This document shows positions 53,462 to 64,000 of a DNA stretch of 64,000 nucleotides, one piece after another (position 1 is the stretch's first letter; the number at the start of each line of letters is the position of its first letter). Under the pieces are notes generated by a model, which was not told the DNA's origin, searched no databases, and was given only the letters and a program-made list of their open reading frames with translations. Position numbers and translations under genes: made by a program. Source of the DNA: Waterburya sp. (GTDB taxonomy: Bacteria; Cyanobacteriota; Cyanobacteriia; Cyanobacteriales; Xenococcaceae). The stretch spans positions 2,816,001 through 2,880,000 of the forward strand of contig CBDCJV010000002.1 in NCBI GenBank assembly GCA_965217895.1, in the 5' to 3' direction.

Positions 53462-54271
53462 TTAATTATTTATTCTCCTGACTATACTATCAAAATACCA
53501 GTTTAATATAGGGCTTAAAAGACTATGAAATCGATTCAAAATCGTTAACTCTGTTCCAGGCGCGATCGCAAATTTACCTTTCTCCACGCCTCGAACAATC
53601 TGTTTTGCTACCGCATCGGCTGTCAAAATTTTGGCTGTAGCGGTAATCTTTTTAGTTTCGACAGGTTTTATTTTATTTTCTGCCTCTAACTGAGGAGTAT
53701 CAGTATCAGGGGGATATACAATTGTGACTTTAATCCCCTTTGGCTTTAGTTCGCCCCTAAGAGATTCTGCTAATCCTCTTAGGGCAAACTTAGAAGGACA
53801 GTAAGCAGTATAGCCATAAATACCGATTAATCCTGCACCAGATGATATTAAGACCAAATTTCCCTTTTGCTGCTGTTCCATAGCTGATACAACGGCTCTA
53901 ATGGCGTATAGAGAACCAAAATAATTTACCGCCATAATCCGTTCAAAAACTCCCAAGGGAATTTCAGTGAAGTAACCAGGATGAGTTATTCCCGCCGAAG
54001 TAATCAGCATCTTTGGTATTCCTTGTTGAGCGATCGCATTTTCTATAGCGGTTTTAATAGCAGTCGAATTAGATACATCGGCTGGAAAAATAAGCACTTG
54101 CTGGGAAGTTACAGCTAAGGTGGCTATTTCTCGTTGAGCAGTGACTAGCTTTTGGCGATCGCGAGCAATTAGGGAAATATTTGCGCCCTGTTGAGCTAAC
54201 AACTTTGCCGTAGCTTTACCAATACCGCTAGAGCCACCCGTAATAATTACGTGTTGATTTAAGTATTTCAT
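53462..54271 (-). CDS. SDR oxidoreductase, KDSR-like
   Basis: TGGSSGIG, YCPSK, PPDTDTP. Confidence 0.85.
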   Translation of the reverse strand: MKYLNQHVIITGGSSGIGKATAKLLAQQGANISLIARDRQKLVTAQREIATLAVTSQQVLIFPADVSNSTAIKTAIENAIAQQGIPKMLITSAGITHPGYFTEIPLGVFERIMAVNYFGSLYAIRAVVSAMEQQQKGNLVLISSGAGLIGIYGYTAYCPSKFALRGLAESLRGELKPKGIKVTIVYPPDTDTPQLEAENKIKPVETKKITATAKILTADAVAKQIVRGVEKGKFAIAPGTELTILNRFHSLLSPILNWYFDSIVRRINN

Positions 54272-54325
54272 GTAAACAAAGATTAAGATAGAAAAGCAAA
54301 CGCTATCTTTTAAAGTTGCTTATAT

Positions 54326-55195
54326 ATGTTAGCCAAGCGTTATTATTTTCCATTTAAGACCATAAAAAAATTGCTAGTTAACTTTACTATAATTGCGATC
54401 GCGTTATTTATCTCTTGTTATATTTATGGTTCAAAAATAGAGCCTAATTGGATTGAAGTAGTGCCAATTCAACTCACAATTCCTAACTTAAGTCCAGCTT
54501 TTAATGAGTTTAAAATTGTACAGATTAGCGATCTTCACAGCAATCGCTTTATGCCTGCAAAAAGATTAGATAGAATCATCAAACTAGTTAATCAACAAAA
54601 GCCAGACGCGATCGCCATTACAGGAGACTTTATCACTAAACATAATGATTTTAACAGTCAGGAACTAGAGGAAAAATTAAGTAAATTAGTATCTCAGATA
54701 AGCACTTTATCAGTTTTGGGCAATCACGACCACAAGGGAAGTGCAACCGACATTCTAAAACAAGCTTTGACAAACAGTAATGTAACCAACCTAGACAATC
54801 AGGTCTATGTGATTGAGCGAGGTACAGAAAAACTAATTTTTGCTGGAGTTGACGATCCTTACTGGGGCAAACCAGATTTAGATCGAGTTATCAAGCTTGT
54901 ACCCAATAATAGTGCTGCCATACTATTGGTTCACGAACCAGACTACATCGCCAAAAGTGCAGCAACTCATAAATTTGCTCTCCAGTTATCGGGACATTCT
55001 CATGGAGGACAAATTAGAATTCCTTTTCTCAATCCTTTGATACTACCTTATGGTGGGAGAAAATATTTTGCTGGTTTGAATCAGGTTGAAGATACTCTAG
55101 AGTATACTAATCGCGGTCTGGGCATGACGGGTTTACCGCTGCGTATTAATAGTCGTCCAGAAATTACTGTTTTTACTCTTCATAGCCAAACCTAA
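54326..55195 (+). CDS. Metallophosphoesterase (YkuE-like)
   Basis: SDLH, TGD, GNHD, HEPD, GHSHGGQ. Confidence 0.9.
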   Translation: MLAKRYYFPFKTIKKLLVNFTIIAIALFISCYIYGSKIEPNWIEVVPIQLTIPNLSPAFNEFKIVQISDLHSNRFMPAKRLDRIIKLVNQQKPDAIAITGDFITKHNDFNSQELEEKLSKLVSQISTLSVLGNHDHKGSATDILKQALTNSNVTNLDNQVYVIERGTEKLIFAGVDDPYWGKPDLDRVIKLVPNNSAAILLVHEPDYIAKSAATHKFALQLSGHSHGGQIRIPFLNPLILPYGGRKYFAGLNQVEDTLEYTNRGLGMTGLPLRINSRPEITVFTLHSQT

Positions 55196-55228
55196 ATTGT
55201 CTATTGTTTAATGCTCAATGCTCAATGC

Positions 55229-57049
55229 TCATTGTTCCAACCCTGTAGCAATTTGAATTACCTGCATCAAATCTTCAATACTGCGGCATTGGGCAGAAAC
55301 CAAACAAGGATAAACGTTTAATCCTTCAATTTGGTTGGCAGCTTCGGTGGTTCTAGTGTCTAAAGTTACTATGGGTAGGCTAGCCAAATATTCAGAGGCT
55401 TGAAGCGATCGCCAATATTGAAGAGGATCGGCAATTTGATGTCCATCTAGCACAATCACATCTAACTTCCAAATACGGGCTAAGGTGTGTGCTTGCTCTA
55501 AACCATCGGCTTCAATAATACGATGTTGATAATAATGCTTTTTACTGATGTTCGTCCAATCTTGTTCCGCCCAGTTTTTCAGATTAAAATTCAAACCACT
55601 ATAGTTATCGATCATCGGATCGACCATTTCTGGTTCAGGATAAAGGCAAAGTACAGTCAAATTTTTCTTGACTTTGCCTTGAGTATCAAAAGCTAAATCT
55701 ATGTCTGAAGAATGATTGCTAATCTCAGTTTTGGCTTGAGGTAGCAGTAAAGTAAGCTGACAGCCATCTGCTGAATAGTCACTTTGTATTTTTAGCTGAG
55801 CAATCCGTGCCAAATATTGGGCAATAACTAAATTTAGACCAGAACTTTGCTGAGGAGAACCAGAATTTTCAGGGGATGATGCCAACTCAAAATCACTCAT
55901 TAGACCATTACTAACTATGATTGCCGTGCATTCCTGCCAATTTTTGACCTCAATGGTCAAGTCACTATGGGTTAGTTCACAAAACTGGAGAGTTTCCAAA
56001 ATCAGATGAGAAAGTATAGTTGATAAATGTATCTTGTCGGCGATCGCCTTTTCTGCCTCAGGCTGTATATCTAATTTTAATTGTGCCTCTGGAAAAAAAT
56101 TAGATTCTGCTGCGCTGGCTGATTTATATTTGCTCATCGCCTGTTCAAAAAGCCGACGACAAAGAAGCCTCAGATCGATTGCTTCTAAATGGGGCTGAAA
56201 CTTCTCAACAGTTAAACTGGTTAATTCTAGTAAGTCATTGACAATACTCATCAGCTTTTGTCCACCATGATAAATTAACTGTGCGTAACGCAGTTGACGC
56301 TGATTAAGTTTTCCTAGTTGCTGATCTTTAAACAGGCTAGATAAACCAACAATGCCAGTTAAAGGTGATTTTAGTTCATGGCTAACTGTTCCCAGCAGTT
56401 TCTCTACTAATGTCAATGTCTCAGTAGTTGCTGATGCACCATCTGCTAGCTGTATGGCAACTGAATCGACAATGGATGCCTTAGTTGCCAAGCTAAGCCA
56501 ACACTCAGAAGTATTGTCCAAAAATTTATCAGTATGATGAGAATCTGCAATCTTTGCCTGGGGTAAAATCTGGGGCGTATTAGCGATAGTTCTCTCAAAG
56601 TTTGATGCTAAATATTTGAGTATTTGTGAAGTTTCTAGCCTTCCCTGTAGCTTACCCAACTCATCAATTATTAAATATTGGCGATCGCTCAATGAAACAT
56701 TTTCTAAATTATTTAAAAACTCTTGCAGTTTAATCTTGCCTTGATAAGCGATCGCTGGCTTGATTAAATAATCAAAATTTTTGTATTTTAGATCAGAAAT
56801 ATTTTCTTGATGAGCTTGACTCCTCGGATGACTAATCATGACTACAGAATCTCTCTGCCATAGTTGAGCCATCAACGATAGCAAATCTTGAGAGCTAATT
56901 GTTCCCCAGGCATTGTTTTCTAAAGGAACTGCAATTATTTGGCAATTACCATGCTTAAAAATATTTAAGATACTCCCCAAATCTGCTTCTGGTTGACAGA
57001 TGGGAATTGAATAGGCAAAATCGTTCAGAGTAAGAGCGTGACTAAACAT
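55229..57049 (-). CDS. Hybrid sensor histidine kinase-like protein (CBS-like N-terminus, pseudo-receiver)
   Basis: H-box VSHELKSPLT; degenerate HATPase; C-terminal receiver-like region. Confidence 0.75.
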   Translation of the reverse strand: MFSHALTLNDFAYSIPICQPEADLGSILNIFKHGNCQIIAVPLENNAWGTISSQDLLSLMAQLWQRDSVVMISHPRSQAHQENISDLKYKNFDYLIKPAIAYQGKIKLQEFLNNLENVSLSDRQYLIIDELGKLQGRLETSQILKYLASNFERTIANTPQILPQAKIADSHHTDKFLDNTSECWLSLATKASIVDSVAIQLADGASATTETLTLVEKLLGTVSHELKSPLTGIVGLSSLFKDQQLGKLNQRQLRYAQLIYHGGQKLMSIVNDLLELTSLTVEKFQPHLEAIDLRLLCRRLFEQAMSKYKSASAAESNFFPEAQLKLDIQPEAEKAIADKIHLSTILSHLILETLQFCELTHSDLTIEVKNWQECTAIIVSNGLMSDFELASSPENSGSPQQSSGLNLVIAQYLARIAQLKIQSDYSADGCQLTLLLPQAKTEISNHSSDIDLAFDTQGKVKKNLTVLCLYPEPEMVDPMIDNYSGLNFNLKNWAEQDWTNISKKHYYQHRIIEADGLEQAHTLARIWKLDVIVLDGHQIADPLQYWRSLQASEYLASLPIVTLDTRTTEAANQIEGLNVYPCLVSAQCRSIEDLMQVIQIATGLEQ

Positions 57050-57552
57050 AAATTCTCGTTTTTTTGTCTTCCCGAAGAAAAGTTAACCAACGGTCACAGC
57101 AGACTAGATTCTACCGTTTTCTAGCAAAGTAATTTTAGACTTATCAGCAACTATTGATTCGATCAACCTTCAAAGATTACTCCGCCTTTGCAAGGCAAGG
57201 AACGGTTGACATTATGCTCAATTAAAAAGGGATTTTATCTCACAATCTAGCCAGTCTAATTTAGCAAGATGCTATCTCTATATCTCTATATATATTATTA
57301 CCTTTAGTGAGTCAGTTCATTATTGCTTTAGATTATGTTTTATTACAATTCGCAAAGTCGAACAATAAATGTTAAATTTTTATAAATATTAGATATTAAT
57401 TGACGTTAAAACATCGTCAGTTCATGGTGGTTGCGTTCTCTGAATATCACATAGGCTTCTATAGGCTGCTCTAGCTGTCTTGATAGCAATGCCTTGTTTT
57501 ATTTCAGATTCAGATGTAATTCTGGCAACCATAACGTAGAATTTACTCAACA

Positions 57553-58524
57553 ATGTCAGATTATCAAGACAAATTTTGTTCAACCGAAAACTCGATTAGG
57601 AGCAAACTGCATATTTGTTTGTTTTATACCCAACAAAAATTGGCTAAATTAGTTATTGAGCAATTGAATAGCGATCGCTTTAAAGTTAAAGATCTTAGTT
57701 CAAGTAGTAATCTAGTTGATTTTTTGACTGACAATCAAGAGCAGATTGACTGCATTGTTTTAGTCAAAGATAGTCAATCAAATTTAGCCTTAGAGCAGTT
57801 ATGGCAATCAAGAATTTTACTGCCGATGGTAATAGTCGAGACTGAACAGCCTGTTAGTCCTAATCTTGAATTAGCAGATGATTGCAACCAGTTTTTTGAC
57901 GATATTACCCAAACCTGCATTATTTATCATCAAGCAGAGATACATTTGTACCCAACTCAGCTAGCAGAAATCAATACTTATATTAATCTAGCTATTACTA
58001 AATTTTTGAGCCTCGCTCCTAGTCCCGATCTTAATATTCACAAAACTATAAATGAACCAGAAACAGAAAAAGCGTCCTCGCTTAAATTACAACAGCGTCG
58101 GCTAACGGAAAAAATTCAAGCAAGACTGGGGGGATATTTGGGGATTTATTACAAACGCCAATCCAGCCTTTTTTACCGTAATTTATCTAAAAAAGAGCAA
58201 GAAGAATTAAACCAAAAATTAAGCCAAAACTACTGTCAAATTCTGCTGGAATACTTTAATGAAAACTCAGAAATAAATAAGCTAATTGATGAGTTTGTCG
58301 ATCGAGCTTTTTTTGCTGATATTTCTACTTCGCAAATTCTTGAAATACACATGAAACTGATTGATGAGTTCTCTTATCAGTTACAGATAGAAGGCAGAAA
58401 TGATGACATTTTGCTTGACTATCGTTTGCCACTAATTGATATTACCGCTCACTTGTGCGAAATGTATCGTCGCTCTATTCCTGGAGAAGACTTCTCCTTA
58501 GAATTATTGTTTACAGTAGAATAA
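57553..58524 (+). CDS. kaiA: Circadian clock protein KaiA
   Basis: LLDYRL, HLCEMYRRSIP. Confidence 0.95.
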   Translation: MSDYQDKFCSTENSIRSKLHICLFYTQQKLAKLVIEQLNSDRFKVKDLSSSSNLVDFLTDNQEQIDCIVLVKDSQSNLALEQLWQSRILLPMVIVETEQPVSPNLELADDCNQFFDDITQTCIIYHQAEIHLYPTQLAEINTYINLAITKFLSLAPSPDLNIHKTINEPETEKASSLKLQQRRLTEKIQARLGGYLGIYYKRQSSLFYRNLSKKEQEELNQKLSQNYCQILLEYFNENSEINKLIDEFVDRAFFADISTSQILEIHMKLIDEFSYQLQIEGRNDDILLDYRLPLIDITAHLCEMYRRSIPGEDFSLELLFTVE

Positions 58525-58817
58525 ACGGTAAATTGCTATGCTGCCAAAGATTAATTGATACTAGAAATAAAACCTGCTTCAAGCTCAAATTCAAGACAAC
58601 AATGTAAAACTATTAAGCAAAATTTTGTAGTCATAGCATTACGTATAAAGGTGTTTGATATTTTGTTAAATTAATACTTTCTACTTTTTACTTACGAACC
58701 AACACTCACGCGCTCTTTTACTGCTTGCAAAGCAGCAGGGTCGTTCGCCTTTTTGTGTCCTAACCTAATTTCGTACGACTATATCGCCTCATCTCAACGC
58801 ATAAATTATTCAACATT

Positions 58818-59126
58818 ATGGATCAATTTAGAAAAACCTATGTACTCAAGCTATACGTAGCGGGAAACACACCAAACTCAGTTAGAGCTTTGAAGACTTT
58901 AAAGAACATTTTAGAGAAAGATTTTCAAGGAGTTTATGCTCTTAAAGTGATTGATGTCTTAAAGAGTCCTCAGTTAGCTGAAGAAGACAAAATCTTGGCA
59001 ACTCCAACCCTATCTAAGGTTTTACCGCCTCCTGTTCGTAAAATAATTGGCGATTTGAGCGATCGCGAAAAGGTTCTGATTGGCTTAGATTTGCTCTATG
59101 AAGAAATCCGTGAGCGAGAAATGTAA
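58818..59126 (+). CDS. kaiB: Circadian clock protein KaiB
   Basis: [17 protein letters not shown]. Confidence 0.98.
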   Translation: MDQFRKTYVLKLYVAGNTPNSVRALKTLKNILEKDFQGVYALKVIDVLKSPQLAEEDKILATPTLSKVLPPPVRKIIGDLSDREKVLIGLDLLYEEIREREM

Positions 59127-59229
59127 CGTTATACTCATCGCATTGGATGTAAGATATTATACTGCCGTGACTAAAGTTAAACGGCAGTTGCTTTAAATAA
59201 GCAAATAAGAACCATCATTCTTAGCTTAG

Positions 59230-60810
59230 ATGAACGAACCAAATCCTAATCAACCAACAACAGAACTATCTACCAAAGGAGTTCGCAAAATCCGCACCAT
59301 GATTGAAGGATTTGACGAAATCACCCATGGCGGTTTGCCCGCCAGTAGAACAACTTTAGTTAGTGGAACATCTGGTACAGGTAAAACCCTCTTGGCCATT
59401 CAGTTTCTTTATCTAGGAATTGAATTTTTTGATTGTCCTGGTGTTTTTGTTACCTTTGAAGAATCCCCAAAAGATATTATTGAAAATGCCTATAGTTTTG
59501 GCTGGGATTTACAAAGCTTAATTGATCGAGGCAAATTATTTATCTTAGATGCTTCCCCCGATCCTGAAGGGCAGGAAGTGGTAGGAAATTTTGACCTATC
59601 GGCATTGATCGAACGTATTCAGTATGCAATACGTAAATATAAGGCGCAGCTAGTCTCAATTGACTCGGTTACAGCAGTATTTCAACAGTACGATGCAGCT
59701 TCAGTAGTAAGGCGAGAAATTTTTCGTTTAGTAGCCCGTCTCAAGCAGCTAGAAGTCACTTCTATTCTAACTACTGAAAGAGTTAAAGAATATGGCTCTG
59801 TTGCCCGTTTTGGAGTCGAAGAATTTGTTTCGGACAATGTAATTATTATCCGCAATGTCTTAGAAGGAGAACGTCGGCGACGTACCATTGAAATCCTCAA
59901 GCTGCGAGGTACTACCCACATGAAGGGAGAATATCCTTTTACGATTACCAATGACGGGATCAATATCTTTCCCCTTGGGGCTATGCGTCTTACTCAACGT
60001 TCTTCAAACGTACGACGTTCTTCAGGAGTTAAAACCCTCGATAAACTGTGTGGCGGTGGCTTTTTTAAAGATTCGATTATTTTGGCTACGGGAGCAACAG
60101 GGACAGGCAAAACCCTATTAGTTAGCAAGTTTTTAGAAGAGGGGTGTCGTCAAGGAGAGAGAGCCGTATTATTTGCCTATGAAGAATCTAGGGCGCAGCT
60201 ATCTCGTAACGCCTCCTCTTGGGGAGTAGATTTTGAAGAGATGGAGCGTAAAGGCTTACTTAAATTACTTTGTTGTTATCCAGAATCAGCAGGTTTAGAA
60301 GATCATCTACAGATGATCAAGTCAGAGATAACTGATTTCAAGCCTGCTCGAATTGCGATCGATTCCCTTTCGGCGTTAGCTAGGGGAGTCAGTAATAATG
60401 CCTTCCGTCAGTTTGTCATTGGTGTTACTGGTTATGCCAAACAAGAAGAGATTACAGGCTTTTTTACCAACACTACCGATCAGTTTTTGGGAGCTAATTC
60501 AATTACCGAGTCCCATATTTCTACTATTACCGACACGATTATTCTTTTACAATATGTAGAAATTCGCGGTGAGATGTCAAGAGCCATGAATGTCTTTAAA
60601 ATGCGCGGTTCATGGCATGATAAAGGTATTAGAGAATATATAATTAGCTCTGATGCGCCAGAAATTCCCTTTATTAAAGAATCTTTTCGTAACTACGAAG
60701 GCATTATTAGTGGTTCACCCTCTCGTGTATCTCTAAATGAAAAAAGTGAGCTATCTAGAATTGCTAGAAACGTTAAGGATATGAGCATTGACTCCAAAGA
60801 CGAAGGATAA
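59230..60810 (+). CDS. kaiC: Circadian clock kinase KaiC
   Basis: Two GTGKT Walker A motifs, HISTITD phosphosites. Confidence 0.98.
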   Translation: MNEPNPNQPTTELSTKGVRKIRTMIEGFDEITHGGLPASRTTLVSGTSGTGKTLLAIQFLYLGIEFFDCPGVFVTFEESPKDIIENAYSFGWDLQSLIDRGKLFILDASPDPEGQEVVGNFDLSALIERIQYAIRKYKAQLVSIDSVTAVFQQYDAASVVRREIFRLVARLKQLEVTSILTTERVKEYGSVARFGVEEFVSDNVIIIRNVLEGERRRRTIEILKLRGTTHMKGEYPFTITNDGINIFPLGAMRLTQRSSNVRRSSGVKTLDKLCGGGFFKDSIILATGATGTGKTLLVSKFLEEGCRQGERAVLFAYEESRAQLSRNASSWGVDFEEMERKGLLKLLCCYPESAGLEDHLQMIKSEITDFKPARIAIDSLSALARGVSNNAFRQFVIGVTGYAKQEEITGFFTNTTDQFLGANSITESHISTITDTIILLQYVEIRGEMSRAMNVFKMRGSWHDKGIREYIISSDAPEIPFIKESFRNYEGIISGSPSRVSLNEKSELSRIARNVKDMSIDSKDEG

Positions 60811-60923
60811 GCTATGGAGTATGATCTTCCGTAAAAATCATAATTGATAATTATCAAAAATTACACGATATTGTTTGTATTTGTAGATAACAATCAGAGT
60901 AAGTAATTAATGCTTTTACCTTC

Positions 60924-61027
60924 AATACCAAATAAAAAAAACGCAACAGATCGCTCGTAGGATGAGCATTGCCCACCCTACCCTCAGATTATTTTTATGT
61001 GTCGCCAAGATTTATTGATTTGGTATT
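60924..61027. mobile_element. MITE with internal REP-like palindrome
   Basis: AATACCAAAT...ATTTGGTATT ends; internal GTAGGATGAGCATTGCCCACCCTAC. Confidence 0.6.
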
Positions 61028-61198
61028 ACACCTTTAACTACCAATAAACTGTTTAACTCAACTGATTTTAAAAATTTTAGGATATGCTGGTGAGGAAATA
61101 GCTGGGAACTAATTGTTTTAAACCAAGAAGTTAGCTATTGAGCGAATCCGCTCTCTCAAAAAACATATTTGTCAGACAGAGCCTTGTAGGTATTTTGA

Positions 61199-62773
61199 AT
61201 GAGCTATTGCCTAAATCCATCCTGTCCAAAACCAGTTAATCATCCCAAATCCAAACTCTGTGCAGCGTGCGGAGCAAAATTGCTGCTACATGGTCGCTAT
61301 CACTTAGTTAAAGGTCTAGGTAAAGGAGGTTTTGGCGCAACTTTTCTAGCTGCCGATCTCTCCCTTCCAGGAAAACCATTATGTGTAATTAAGCAACTAC
61401 GTCCTAATACAGACAATCCTAACTTCTTGTCCATGGCAAGAGAATTATTTGAAAGAGAAGCCAGAACATTAGGCAGAATTGGTAATCACCCTAAAATACC
61501 TAGACTGCTAGATTATTTTGAGGATCGCAATCAATTTTATTTAATTCAAGAGTTTGTTAAGGGCAACAATCTTCAGCAGGAAGTCAAAAAAATTGGCGTT
61601 TTGAATGAGGCAAAGGCAAGACAGGTACTCAAAGAAGTTTTGGTGATCCTGCGGGATATTCACGTTCAAAAAGTTATTCACCGAGATATCAAACCTGCTA
61701 ATATTATTCGTCGCGAAATAGACGATCAGTTAGTTTTAATTGACTTTGGGGTAGTTAAAAATCAAGTTAATAGTCTTGGTGCAGCAGGTTCTAATCAAAC
61801 GGCATTTACTGCTTTTGCAGTCGGCACTCCTGGCTTTGCTCCTCCTGAACAGTTAGCCATGCGTCCTGTCTATGCCAGCGATGTCTATGCCCTTGGTGTT
61901 ACCTGTATGTATTTGATGACGGGAAAAGCACCCAAAAATATGGATTGCGATCCTATTACTGGAGATATTGATTGGTTTAAGTATGTTAATGTCAGCGATA
62001 GTTTTGCGGAAATTTTGACCAAGATGCTAGAGGTAGCGGTGAAAAGCCGTTATAAGAGTGCCGAAGAAGTATTACAGGTGCTAGATATTGAAAATCATGT
62101 AGATAGCCTGTCTGACAGTATGCTTAGTTTTCCTACTGCTAATGAGCCTCCTAGTACTCCTGTTGCTAATCGGTCGAGAATGGGCTACTCTCGAGGGGAT
62201 ACATCTAGTTCTAGAGGTGACAGCAGAATGTCCCGCCAGACAGGCAGAACAACTTCTACCTCCAGATATTCGAGAAATGCTGCTCAAACTAGTCCTAGTC
62301 ATGCTTCTCTTAGTCAAGCTGCAAAAAATCCTCCTAAGCCTGCAAAAATCTCGGCCGAAGAGGTTTTGAAAGCCTATAGTTCTGGTAGAAAAGACTTTGG
62401 CTTAAAAGATATGACCATGCAAGATCTACAAAAAGCCGATTTATCCGAATCTAAGTTTCATGATTCTAAATTAATCAGAGTTAACCTCCAGGGAGCAGAT
62501 TTAAATAAAACCAGCTTTACAAGTTGTGATATGCGTCAGGCTATGCTGCGTAATGCTGACCTAACTCGCGCTCTGTTTAATGCTGCTAATTTAGAAGATG
62601 TAGATCTTCGTGGTGCAAATTTAAGCTACGTCAATTTTAAAGATACTAAGCTTAAAGGAGCAAATCTCTGTGGTGCTAACCTAAGTAATACTAATCTAAC
62701 TAAAGAACAGCTAGAAGAAGTTAAAACAAACTGGATGACTATTATGCCTTCAGGAAAACGAGGATTCTGGTAA
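61199..62773 (+). CDS. Ser/Thr protein kinase with C-terminal pentapeptide repeats (SpkB-like)
   Basis: YCLNP.C, GKGGFG, HRDIKPAN, DFG, A.L.. repeats. Confidence 0.92.
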   Translation: MSYCLNPSCPKPVNHPKSKLCAACGAKLLLHGRYHLVKGLGKGGFGATFLAADLSLPGKPLCVIKQLRPNTDNPNFLSMARELFEREARTLGRIGNHPKIPRLLDYFEDRNQFYLIQEFVKGNNLQQEVKKIGVLNEAKARQVLKEVLVILRDIHVQKVIHRDIKPANIIRREIDDQLVLIDFGVVKNQVNSLGAAGSNQTAFTAFAVGTPGFAPPEQLAMRPVYASDVYALGVTCMYLMTGKAPKNMDCDPITGDIDWFKYVNVSDSFAEILTKMLEVAVKSRYKSAEEVLQVLDIENHVDSLSDSMLSFPTANEPPSTPVANRSRMGYSRGDTSSSRGDSRMSRQTGRTTSTSRYSRNAAQTSPSHASLSQAAKNPPKPAKISAEEVLKAYSSGRKDFGLKDMTMQDLQKADLSESKFHDSKLIRVNLQGADLNKTSFTSCDMRQAMLRNADLTRALFNAANLEDVDLRGANLSYVNFKDTKLKGANLCGANLSNTNLTKEQLEEVKTNWMTIMPSGKRGFW

Positions 62774-62811
62774 AATGTTTAAAAATCATATCCTGATTCA
62801 CCAATGCCAGC

Positions 62812-63384
62812 TTACTCAGTATTTTCAGAAAAGATCGCTTTTTCCAACTTAGCGATCGCCTTTTCTAAATCATCATTGACAATTTGAACTTCAAATTCAT
62901 CTTTGGCTGCCATTTCTTCTCTAGCAATCTTTAACCGTTGGGCGATCGACTCTTCTGAGTTTTTGCCCCTAGTTCTAATTCTCTGTTCTAGTTCCTCAAT
63001 AGAAGGAGGCATAATAAAAATACGGCGAGCATCAGGAAACATATTGGCGATCGCTCTAGCTCCTCGCAACTCTATTTCTAAAATGATGTAGTTTCCCTGC
63101 TCGATTTGTTCTAATATCTGGGCTTTGGGCGTGCCATAATAATTTCCTGCGTATTCTGCCCATTCTAAAAGTTCATGATTGAGAATTGCCGTTTCAAAGT
63201 CTTTTTGACTCAGAAAATAATAATTTACGCCTTCAGTTTCTCCTGGACGAGGTTGTCTAGTAGTAGCAGAAACAGACACCCGTAGTTGAGGATGGCGTTG
63301 CAATAGTAAACTGACAATCGTACCCTTTCCTACACCACTTGGTCCTGTGATCGCGATGAGTTTACCTGGCTGTTCTGCTGACAT
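62812..63384 (-). CDS. gmk: Guanylate kinase
   Basis: GPSGVGKGT, TTRQPRPGE, NYYGTP. Confidence 0.96.
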   Translation of the reverse strand: MSAEQPGKLIAITGPSGVGKGTIVSLLLQRHPQLRVSVSATTRQPRPGETEGVNYYFLSQKDFETAILNHELLEWAEYAGNYYGTPKAQILEQIEQGNYIILEIELRGARAIANMFPDARRIFIMPPSIEELEQRIRTRGKNSEESIAQRLKIAREEMAAKDEFEVQIVNDDLEKAIAKLEKAIFSENTE

Positions 63385-63411
63385 TGATGATAATCTAATC
63401 TAGTTGGAATT

Positions 63412-63660
63412 TTATTCTTTATTAACTACAAATCGATGAGCCACAGTCTCAGGCTGTATTGCGGACAATACTACATGAGATGAATCTGTAATAATGACAG
63501 CGCGAGTACGGCGACCATAAGTTGCATCTATTAATAAGCTTTTCTCTCTAGCTTCGGTAATAATCCTTTTGATAGGTGCGGACTCTGGGCTAACAATAGC
63601 AATAATGCGATTAGCGGAAACTATATTACCAAAACCAATATTAATTAATTGAATATCCAT
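63412..63660 (-). CDS. remA: RemA/DUF370 family regulator
   Basis: [17 protein letters not shown]. Confidence 0.9.
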   Translation of the reverse strand: MDIQLINIGFGNIVSANRIIAIVSPESAPIKRIITEAREKSLLIDATYGRRTRAVIITDSSHVVLSAIQPETVAHRFVVNKE

Positions 63661-63874
63661 AATTATTTGTGAATTGCGATTTTTAGGGTGATTTATCGCC
63701 AAGTTTAGAAAATATAGTTTTAATACTATAGTTAAAAACCTTGATTTACAAGCAAAATGGCATATAGACGACGTTATTTAAGGAAACTTTAGCTTTTAGC
63801 ACCAATCTAAACACTTTGTAGCCATAATTACAGTAATTTAATTATTTATTTAAACTTTTATTATATTTACTATT

Positions 63875-64000
63875 ATGCAACCAGTTGACTACACAACCTT
63901 GATGGCAAGCTGCAATGAACTTAATCGAGACTGGATTCCTGCTCGTATTGAGCAGATATATCAGCGCGATCGCTTTACCATTTCTTTAGCTCTACGCACC
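63875..64000 (+). CDS. NFACT/RqcH family protein (partial)
   Basis: MQPVDYTTL...WIPARIEQIYQRDRFTISLALRT. Confidence 0.75.
   Translation, partial: MQPVDYTTLMASCNELNRDWIPARIEQIYQRDRFTISLALRT

Noticed and set aside
58120..58145. G-run in kaiA (RLGGYLG) as a phase-variation site
   Set aside because: The frame is intact with one extra Gly; the run is short.

Overview
AT-rich cyanobacterial chromosome segment (abundant HIP1 GCGATCGC; psbA, kaiABC, ycf54). Most of it is housekeeping genes (mltG, ruvB, purB, cofG, lpxD, gltX, cbiD, guaA, mtnP, tatC, gmk, tRNA-Lys). Accessory parts: (i) an AsfRABC-like flavoprotein/ferredoxin/HEAT/Mrp/ABC cluster whose LysR and flavoprotein genes appear fused head-to-head by a deletion; (ii) an arsR-acr3-arsH-arsC-arsC operon with clear ArsR operators; (iii) a mobile-element hotspot at 26.5-31 kb. 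The best signal is in this hotspot: a divergent IS110-family DEDD/Ser recombinase preceded by a ~270-nt structured non-coding region with two parallel loops. Their guide segments match the element's right junction 11 nt upstream of ruvB, which suggests a bridge RNA with readable target and donor specificity. The window also holds many very small structured mobile repeats, some inserted in frame in genes, and several genes broken by deletions. All assignments are from motif recognition by eye; no searches were run.
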